Positions 50,782 through 59,891 of a stretch of 59,891 bases of DNA are shown here, in pieces. Both the position numbers and the translations under genes were made by a program. Source of the stretch: Priapulus caudatus (lineage: Eukaryota); assembly GCF_000485595.1 (NCBI RefSeq), contig NW_014577068.1, positions 990,607 through 1,050,497 on the forward strand. The letters run 5' to 3'. The notes under the pieces are model-generated. The model had not been told where the DNA came from, made no database searches, and was given only the letters and a program-made list of their open reading frames with translations. How positions within the stretch are numbered: the stretch's first letter is position 1; the number at the start of each line of letters is the position of its first letter.

Positions 50782-51096
50782 GCTCTGCTCCTTTCTCTCC
50801 TCTCGCTCTCTCTCCTTCTCTGCTCCTTCTCTCTCTCTCTCTCTCGCGCATAAAAAAATAAAAACAAAATCAAACAATAAAAAGCTCCATCTCTCTCTCT
50901 CTTTCGGTCTCTCTTGTCTCTCTCCTCTCTCTCTATCTTCTCCTCTGCTCTCTCCTCTCTCGGCTCGTCGCTCTCCTCTCGTCCCACTCGCTCGCGTCGG
51001 CCGTGCGCGTCTAACTCTCGGCTTGTGCTCTGCTCGCTTCTCTGGTGCTCGCTGCTTCTCTGCATCTCTCTCTCTGTCTCTCTCTCTCTTCTCTCG

Positions 51097-51127
<31 letters not shown>

Positions 51128-51374
51128 CCTCTTCTTCTCCCTTCTCATCTCTCTTCTCGTTTCTTCTCATCCTCTTCTCTCTCGTGGTCTTATCTCTTCT
51201 CTCTCTCTCATCTTCTCTCTCTCTCTCTCGCTCTCATCTCTCTCCTCTCATCTCTCTCATCTCTCTCTCTCTCTCTCTCTCGCTCGCTCTCTCTCCTCTC
51301 TCTCTCTCTCCTCTCTCTCTCTCCTCTCTCTCTCTCGGCTCTCTCTCTCTCTCTCTCTCTCGCGCTCTCTCGTC

Positions 51375-51410
<36 letters not shown>

Positions 51411-51493
51411 GTCTCTCTCTCTCTCTGCTCTCTCTCTCTCTCGCTCTCTCTCGCTTCTCTCTCTCTTCTCTCTCTCTCTTCTCTCTCTTCTCG

Positions 51494-51538
<45 letters not shown>

Positions 51539-52155
51539 CTCTCTCTCTGCTCTCTCTCTCTCTCAACCCACACCACACACACACGCGCGCGCACACCTCT
51601 CTGGTTCTCTCGCGCTCTCTCTCGCTCTCTCTCTCTCTCCTCATCTACTCTGCTCTCTCTCTCTCTCTCTCTCTGGCTCGTCTCTCTCTCTCTGTGTCAC
51701 ACACCCAACACAAACACAAAAACGTCTCTCTTTCGCTACGACACATCACACCACAACACAACACACACAAACACACCAGCGCGCGCGCACCTCTCTCTCT
51801 CAGACTATACACACTCCCTCTCAGGTGCGTCTCTCCTCAAACACCACACACACACAGCAGCGCGCACACACACACACCTCTCTTTTTCTCTCTCTCGGAA
51901 AGACACACTGCCTCGCGCTTTCTCTCTCTCCCTCTCTCGTCTGTCACAACACACAAACAAACACGCAACCTCTCTCTCTCTCTGTTCACACACACAACAC
52001 AAACACGCAACAACCTCTCTCTCTCTCTCCCACACCACAGCACGACACACACACACACGACGACACCACAGACACACACGCAACACCTCTCTCTCTCTCT
52101 CTCTGACACATACACACTCTCCCTCTCTGGGTTCTCTCTCTCTCTCTCTCTCTGT
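50120..52155. repeat. degenerate (CT)n then (CA)n microsatellite, ~2 kb
   Basis: Direct inspection; source of the long SL/RE ORFs. Confidence 0.92.
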
Positions 52156-53281
52156 CACCACACAAACACAAACCGCACACTTCGTCTCCCGATCCCGGCG
52201 ATCCGAATTCCGAATCCGACAGCATTCTTTAAAAACTCGACTCCGAATACCGAATCCGACGGACAATTTGGCAGCCATCAAATCCGATCCGATCTTTAAA
52301 AATGATAAATCCGGTCTCGCCTGCATTCCGGAATCGTATATATATATATATATATATGTTATTATGACCATTAATGACATTAAAGTTGGGAACACTCCTA
52401 ATAAATAATGGAGTATCACCGTCTAATGACATAAGGGCACTTGTCATCAACTAGATTTTATTGTTGGCATAATAGCCAATCACAGGCAATTGTTAAAATG
52501 GTCTGTTAAATTGTTAATTATAAGGCCGGTATATTTACTTGTCATGGAACTGGCCAATCTACCCAGGTCCTTGCTGATTCGTTGCTAGTCACAAGCACTG
52601 CATAAGCCAGTGATTAGTGACAGCTTCCTTTTGGAATTGTACCACAAAGTTCCAAATAGATTTGAAACGAAGAATGGTTCCAGTCACAAGCTTAACGTAA
52701 GCTTGATATTAGAGACAGCTCCCTTGATGTAGAATGTTATAACAGGTGATGTGGAACTTTGGAAGAAAATGGTCAATTTTAATTACATTTTGAATGGACC
52801 CTGCCCTTAATGTTTAAAATCATGAAATGCTTTTATGTATGTTGAATGAACGTATACAATGTTCATCTGGGCTTATTTGCTGTTGTGATGATGTCTTTAT
52901 GTAAGGTGGTGAGGTGGGGTGGATATATCTACACGAAGACATGGAAAGAGTCTTCCACGTGATTTAAAATGAAATAGGAAGTGTAATGTGTGGTTGTTTA
53001 GCCGAACATTGTGCCAGCCTACAGTGAGATCTATTTAGAGTGTTTTTGAGTTGGTCTGTTTCTAGCAGTACTCGCCACAGAGATGCCCTGGTACTTCTCT
53101 TACTCACCTATTCTAGCCTTCACTCAGCTATCATTAGCAGCCTATTTTTAGCAGCCGCTACCAATCTGTTGCAAATTGCATCCAGGTACATCGAAACTGC
53201 ATCAGATTTGTATCGATCATATATTTCACATTCGTCGTGATTGCTTTAACCGTAATATTACCGTTGGTGAATCCTGTTTGG

Positions 53282-53552
53282 CAGTCTCTCCTTTGTAACT
53301 TAACCCTCCTGTTTAACAGTCTCTACTATGTAACATAACCCCCCTGTTTAACAATCTCTCCTGTGTAACCTAACCCTCCTGTTTAACAGTCTCTCCTGTG
53401 TAACCTAACCCTCCTGTTTAACAGTCTCTCCTGTGTAACCTAACCCTCCTGTTTAACAGTCTCTCCTGTGTAACCTAACCCTCCTGTTTAACAGTCTCTC
53501 CTATATAACCTAACCCCCTTAATATATAACCTATATATATTAACAGTCTCTC
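53282..53552. repeat. 35-bp tandem repeat, ~7-8 copies
   Basis: Unit CAGTCTCTCCTGTGTAACCTAACCCTCCTGTTTAA. Confidence 0.9.
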
Positions 53553-53861
53553 TTAAAGCCCGCCGCATATCTGCTGAGCCAACGGCCTCAAGAGGCCGTT
53601 GGCTCAGCAGATAGCTCAGCGTGTGCGCGCAGATTCTGCACGATTTTTGGCTTCGCGTGGCTGTGAAACCGATATCTATCGTGTTTGATATTTGTGGCCA
53701 CGCGAGGCCAGAAACTCAGCGTGTGCGGGCTGCGTGAGCTATCAGCTCAGCCACAAATATTTACCGACCAATGAAAGATCTCAGGAATAGATAGGGCATG
53801 TGATTTAAAATGTCGGCGCCCACTGAACAGCAGAAAACTCTTCTGTAGATTCTGGGATTTT

Positions 53862-53892
53862 GCACGTACACGTGCGTGCGTGCATAAGTGTG

Positions 53893-53936
<44 letters not shown>

Positions 53937-54331
53937 TCCGTGTGTGGGCACGTACACGTGCGTGCGTGCGTGCATGCGTGTGCACGTACACGTGTGCACG
54001 CACGCACGCACGCACGCACGTGTACGTACACACGTGTAAGTTCACACGCACGTGCGTGCATGCGTGCGTGCGTCCGTGTGTGTGCACGTACACGTGCGTG
54101 CGTGTGTGCGCGCGTGTGCAGGTACACGTTCGTGCGTGCGTGCGTGCTTGTGCAGGTACACGTGTGTGCATGTGTGCGTGCGTGCGTACGTACGTGCGTG
54201 TGTGCAGGTACACGTGCGTGCATGCATGTGCACGTAGACGTGCGTACGTTCGTGTGTGTGTAGGTACACGTGCGTGCGTGTGTGCATGCATGTGCACGTA
54301 GACGTGCGTACGTTCGTGTGTGTGTAGGTAC
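53862..54331. repeat. (GCGT)n-rich satellite
   Basis: Direct inspection. Confidence 0.88.
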
Positions 54332-54332
54332 N

Positions 54333-54590
54333 GAAATTGCTCTGAGAATCTATCTTTCATTGATGGTCTCGAATTGTAGCGGTGAAAGGTCATTTTTAAA
54401 ACTCAAGTTGATTAAAAATCACATGAGAACCACGATGAGCCAACAGAGACTGGTAAACCTCAGTATTCTCGCTATCGAAAATGACATTTTAAATTTGTTT
54501 AAACACGATGAAATACTCTCTTAATTTGCAAGCATGAAAGTGCAGAAAAAATACAGACTGTAGGGCCCCCACACGCTTAGTCCGGCCCTG
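54333..54590 (+). pseudogene. hAT transposase C-terminal dimerisation domain remnant with right TIR
   Basis: [48 protein letters not shown] (hATC-type motif), in-frame stop, end ...TCCGGCCCTG. Confidence 0.85.
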
Positions 54591-55380
54591 ATTATTGATT
54601 ACACTTGCACGCGCCATCTCGTGGCAACTATAGGCCTAGTGATACATTATGACACGATAAGACAGTCGAGCAGGTATGAAGTAGGATGCAGTGTTAGTGT
54701 TTAGTTTTAGTGTTAATACCTATGCTAAACAGTTTTGATGACGACGTAGCCGGTTTAGCGATGGAACAGGCTTTCAACCTTTTGCAGTTCAGAAACAAGG
54801 GCCAGTACAGTAGAGCAGCAGACCTCAGATGAGCACTGTCGCTCATGCGGCACTTGTTTAGATTAGCGAGAATAGTGTAATGATAATTTTGTTCAGGGAA
54901 GAATTGAATGTAAATCAATTAACAGAATAACAGGCATGTATGACTATTGTAGAAAGGTGTTAAAGAAATTTTTCACAACACAAGAAAATGATGTAAAATT
55001 GGTGCCCTGTTGACATGCCTACCATTTTATGACTCTTAACTTATATATATATATATATATATATATATTGGTTTTATAAGTTCATATGTTTCATAGAAAT
55101 AATTATAGGGGAGGTTGATATTATCTTTGCAACTATTATGACAATTAATCTTATTAAATCCATGTGGTAATTCTAGTTCTAGTCATCTGCTAGCATGTCA
55201 ATAATTTGATAATCTTCCCATACCAAGCAAGGCAACTTCTCACAAATTCAGGTTGTCTTAATAGTTTGCTATAGGGTATAATCTTTGTAATGTACTATTA
55301 ATGTACAGTGCTGTAGCACTGTAATTTTATATATTTACTGGTTATGAGATTTTATCTGGTTTGGCCTCTACTCTTTATAG

Positions 55381-56775
55381 TGCAGAGCCTCTGAAGAAGA
55401 AAAAGAGAATTGATCCAGCAGTTGTGAGAATGAGAGAAGAGCGCAAGAAGAGACGCATTGAGAAGAGCATCAGAAGACTACAGAAAAACTCCCTACAGCT
55501 AAAACCTGTAGAAGAGTTAGTTCCAGACCGGAAACTAATAAAGGAAAAAACGTAATCTTTATTAATGTAACATTGTCATAACATAAATCAGCGTTCCTCG
55601 AACATTGTGGTAGTCATCTCTCACATCTATAAGCCAAATAATGTGACACGAATACAAATAAATGTATGTCCATTCACATGAATCGATTTAGTTCACCATG
55701 GAATCAGTCTATTTACAAAAACCATGTTTGATAATGCAAGGTGGACAGTACTATTCTGAGACATAGATATTTTTTATCATGTTTTATCTTCTGTTAGTTT
55801 GTAAAATACAACTCACATAGCTTATATAGAGTATTTGGTCTGGTTAAAATTAAAGTCAGATTTGCACAGGTGGATCTGCTGAGTTGGATGGTTGAAGTAG
55901 TAAAATTCTCATTTATCTAGCATAGCTACCCATAAACTCGATCTTAGAAAAAATTTAACATCACTTTAATGCAACGGTCTCAGTATCGTTACTTTCACAT
56001 TTCATCAGCTCACATGTATGCTCTTAAGAAAGAGTAGAGGCTTACAGTATACACTAGTAATGTACAGTGCAGTGTAGAATACACATAACTACACTACTGT
56101 GAAATTCCCACATCTCTTTCCAGATTGAGAACGAGGACGGTTCCAGAGCTGCCATTTGAGGAGAGTGAAAGTCGAGCCTTGCTAGAGAAGGAGTGGTGTC
56201 GGTATGTTGCCCTGTGGATAACACTTGTATTGCTGGGTAGCTCTTGTAAGGCACACCAAGCTATAATAAGATGCCTGTTAAATTTGTTTAATTGAGTGTG
56301 ATGCATCATGATCATTGTGTACCAGTTCAGCACGTCAATGTGATATGTTTGCAGCAGCTGGGGATATGTAAAGACTTTAATACGTAATTTAGACAAGGAC
56401 AAAGATGCACACATATCTTTATCCTTTTATAAATTACATATTAAAGATTATTCATCTCGTTATTCATCATTGGTCTCAAAGCATTTGTATATGTTCATTC
56501 CAGATAGCATATATGTAACCATTGGGCCAATGGCTTACTTCGAACATGCCAACGTTGGGCCAACATTAGCAGCCAATAATGGCCCAGCAGCTTTTTGCTC
56601 AGCCCGCCAACATTAGCCCAACGTATGGCAGCCAATGGTATTCCTACATTACAGGTATAAGTGTGAGCAGCATCTCTCAGAGATTCAAGCGATCGACCGA
56701 CTGATTATGTCGCAGCAGAAAGCACTTGATGAGTTAAAGTCCGAGTCATTGACGCTCTACCAGCAAGCAGTGCAG
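55381..56775 (+). CDS. MRPL40: 39S mitochondrial ribosomal protein L40 (mL40), internal exons only
   Basis: Exons 55381-55551 (AEPLKKKKRIDP...KPVEEL), 56124-56201 (ELPFEESESRALLEKEW), 56655-56775 (QQKALDELKSESLTLYQQAV). All GT-AG and phase-consistent. The 5' exon(s) and last exon were not located. Confidence 0.9.
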
Positions 56776-57142
56776 GTAATCCTACCACACTAGTATATAT
56801 ATATATATATATATATTTGTCTGTGTGTGTGTATACTCTATATTTACGAGTATTGATATGTTCATGCTACTCGTATTTGCAGAGAGATTGATTATACAAG
56901 ACAGCATATGCCACCTGTATAAATATATGCGTATTGTTCATCAGTCAGTCTTCAGTGCAGCTCATACAATGTCACGCAGACATTGTGTGTTGTATGTATA
57001 GCGAGTGTGTGAGTGTGGCTGTGTACATAATGTGTTTGTCTCAGCTTATCAAACTGATTTTGTTTCAGATTCCATCTTGGCATTAGACAAATTGGAACAT
57101 CAACTTCCTTGAACTTCTACTCTTCTCCAATCTTGTGGTAAG

Positions 57143-57489
57143 CAGGGTGCGAAATTAACGGGAGTCCGGAGTCAAATACTCCCTGATTTACTGTTGGACT
57201 CCCTGATTTGACATATACAGGAGTCCGTGTGACTCCCTGAAAATTCTGCCATACTAACTAGTTCATTCCAGAGCACGGCCTTGCGGAATTACCGTATTTT
57301 TCAGCTAATGTCCAAAGAAAATTTGGCAGACGTGCAACCGCATGAATCTTAAAAATAAGCACATGCGTTATTGTTAATATCTTTAATTTTGGACCTCAGA
57401 CTGCGGACTCCCTCATTTTGCTGCGGACTCCCTCTTTTTGAGGGTAGGGGCGTTGGACTCCCGTGTTCAAAAGTTAATTTCTACTCCTG
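57143..57489. mobile_element. MITE family 'CAGGGTGCGAAATTAAC', copy 3
   Basis: Near-identical to 10374-10721; flanks GGTAAG/GGTAGG. Confidence 0.82.
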
Positions 57490-57743
57490 GGTAGGGGTAT
57501 AGAAAAAAGAAACAGGTATATTCTATACGTATGCCAGAGATGAAAAAGCTTGTCACAATTATTAGCTTATCTGACATAGTCAGATGCAGCTTGTAGAATC
57601 GCTTGANNNNNNNNNNAATAGCAATGCGGCAATATGTGAAACAAGAGTTGCTGGAATAAAAGAGAAGCATCATTACTAATCTATCAGCTGGGGGAAGTCC
57701 TGTGTGCATTTATATGTCCCCGCAGTTTGACGCTGGATTCATG

Positions 57744-59648
57744 TAGGGGACACCCCTGGGAGTAAAAAAAACTTGGGTAGACATTCTGAATCATGGGAAG
57801 GATAGGTGAAATTCAAGATGGCGTTCAAGATGGCTGTCAATTCATGTAATTGACCATAACTCGCCACCTATTTATGATAGGAGGTTGATTTTGGTGTTTA
57901 TCCCTATATTTTATGGGTCAGGCTATCCATTAAAACTGATACCCGTACCGAAAATGCATTGCGTCATTGTTAAATCTAAGATGGCTGCCGAAAGGGACAC
58001 CGTATCATATAAACTGCTATAACTTCTCGCAGACTTATGATAGAAGGGTAATTTTCGTGTCTATCCCTATGTTTTAGGGGTCAGGTTATCCACTGAGACT
58101 AATAACCAGATTAAAAACGCACTGCATCATCTTAGCTTTGATGGTGGCCATCCTCATATTTCCGTCATTTATTGACAACTTTTCACATATCGCTATAATA
58201 CTAGCAGCATTTACAGTATACATGATATTATTGGTAAGGTAACTTTAATATTGATCACTGTGTCCTGCCTGTCCTACCCTACCCGGTAACAGAGTACAAG
58301 ACAGTGTATACCGCCCTCAAAAACTTTCAGGGTATAGGTACTTGGTCAACTTAGGCAGGATAAACTAGCTATTGCATATGACGAAGGAGTTTACCACATA
58401 GCAAGAGAAATCATGTTGTGGCGCCCAGTTGAATTTCAAAATATTGTTCTGTGTCTCGGATCGTTCCATATGGTCAAGATTTTCCTTGGGTGTATTGGGA
58501 AATACTTGCGTGATAGTGGAGCAAAAAGTATTTGGATAGAAAACGGTATCTTTGGCCCTAACGTGACCCAGGCAGTCTTGGGTGGCTCGCATTATGTGCG
58601 GTCCTTGGCAGGTATGACATTGCTATCGGAAACAATGGAAAGACTCCAGTGGGAAGCATTCTTTGATGAATTGGGCATAGAAAAGTACCAGGGCCCTCTT
58701 GGCAGGCTTGCCCCCTGAGGGAAATGAAAGCAAGTGTCTCGGAGAAGGATCGGTTAGAAAGTCAACAGCTGCTTGCCGATTTTGCTACCTCATCAGGTAT
58801 CCTGTTTGATGACTTCGAGGAGTTCAAACGACAGAAGAGCGAGAGAAGTGAAACATTTAGATACTGGGCTACATTCATTGATGTGGTCAATTTGGCAAAG
58901 GACCTTGTGCGAGCTGATCGGGAAGGGAATTGGCAACTACACTTGGAAACTGTTGAGGCTATCCTGCCTTACTTCGCGACATTTGACTCGACCAACTACC
59001 TTTGCTGGAGTTCCCTATACCTGGCAGACATGCAAAGTCTGCCTGAGACGGCACCAGCTATTCATGAAAACTTTTTGAATGGGGGCTTTGTGATCAAGCG
59101 TTCGTCAGCTCCATTCACAGCCGTTGCAATGGACATGTGCTTAGAGCAAACGATAAACCGTTCTTCAAAGAGCAGTGCCGGTATCATTGGTAGCACCAGG
59201 AAGAAGCAATACGTTACGAAATGGAATATAATTCACCATGAAATGATGTCTGTTAACCACCTGTTTAGGGAGATAAGCGGAGTCAGAATGGACGATTCAG
59301 AGTTAGTTGTCAACCATGAATTCACCACTGGACGTACTGAAGGCTGGGAGCAAAAGGTTGATGACATGATGGCATATGTGGTTACCCATGAGAATCCGTT
59401 CAAAGTTGTCGAAGATACAGAACAACGGCTGCACAGCATCCTGTCGTCTGCCATTATGCCTGATGATGTTCGAAAGGATCTGGTGACAATCAAGGAATCT
59501 GGTGTTGAGAGGTACAATGAGTTTCGAAAGGATAGACTAATAGACAAAACGAAGCGCCTGAGTGATGTTATTCATAAACGGAACTTGAAGACGTTTGCAA
59601 GCGCCATCGGTTGAAAGAAGAAACCAGCAAATATCAAACACAAACAAG

Positions 59649-59693
<45 letters not shown>

Positions 59694-59891
59694 ATAGGAT
59701 TTTGGTCGCACGAGAAGTTAGATAGTTGCTCGATCACGCGGTTGTGATGCCGATCATGTGTTCCAACACGACCCTCGTGGAGTGTCTCACAGTTACCTAT
59801 TCGATTGACATGCCGCGTTTATGATAAGGAAACCGCAAAGCTCTGAAACTGACAAACGACCTTCGAAAAAGAACTGACAGTGCGGATTACG
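57744..59891 (+). mobile_element. Academ-like DNA transposon (runs off the window), in MRPL40 intron
   Basis: TAG-starting end, subterminal AAGATGG repeats, followed by transposase-like coding sequence. Confidence 0.55.
58283..59614 (+). pseudogene. frameshifted Academ-like transposase
   Basis: Motifs YDEGVY, LGSFH, RADREGNWQLHL, FDSTNY, MDMCLEQTINRSSK, NPF typical of animal Academ-type transposases. Frameshifts near 58340 and 58718; frame ends at 59614; N-terminus missing. Confidence 0.7.

Noticed and set aside
49945..52419. Long ORFs of 300-460 aa (SL- and RE-rich)
   Set aside because: Translations of degenerate (CT)n/(CA)n microsatellite; no domain content.
42198..56775. Conserved synteny with the human APP neighbourhood
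   Set aside because: The mitoribosomal gene near human APP is MRPL39, an unrelated protein; the gene here is MRPL40.
59648..59690. Poly(A) tail of a retrocopy
   Set aside because: No TSD or processed gene upstream; it lies within transposon sequence and may be a homopolymer expansion or sequencing error.

Overview
Eukaryotic, intron-rich, AT-rich animal DNA. It is probably from a lophotrochozoan invertebrate (inference from the proteins, TTAGGG repeats and HINE-type elements), and the draft assembly has N gaps and noisy stretches. Three spliced host genes were reconstructed by hand from GT-AG boundaries and phase checks. TBC1D23 (+) has 14 exons at 4659-18534, with the first exon not found. 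An amyloid precursor protein/APPL orthologue (-) is complete, with 12 exons at 42272-22711 encoding about 636 aa. MRPL40 (+) has 3 internal exons at 55381-56775. Most ORFs in the supplied track are spurious (microsatellites, gaps, antisense frames). Introns are packed with non-autonomous DNA transposons: P/Galileo-like foldbacks and 40-60 bp mini-hairpins with 7-bp TSDs, CAG-ended MITEs with 5/6/8-bp TSDs, Harbinger MITEs, Helentron/HINE-like elements and TTAGGG-carrying foldbacks. There are also decayed hAT and Academ-like transposases. The most unusual signals are tandem arrays that copy real exon-intron junctions (arrays of duplicated splice donors in APP), ultra-short hairpin transposons, and telomere-repeat-bearing MITEs. 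I see no convincing novel protein-coding system.
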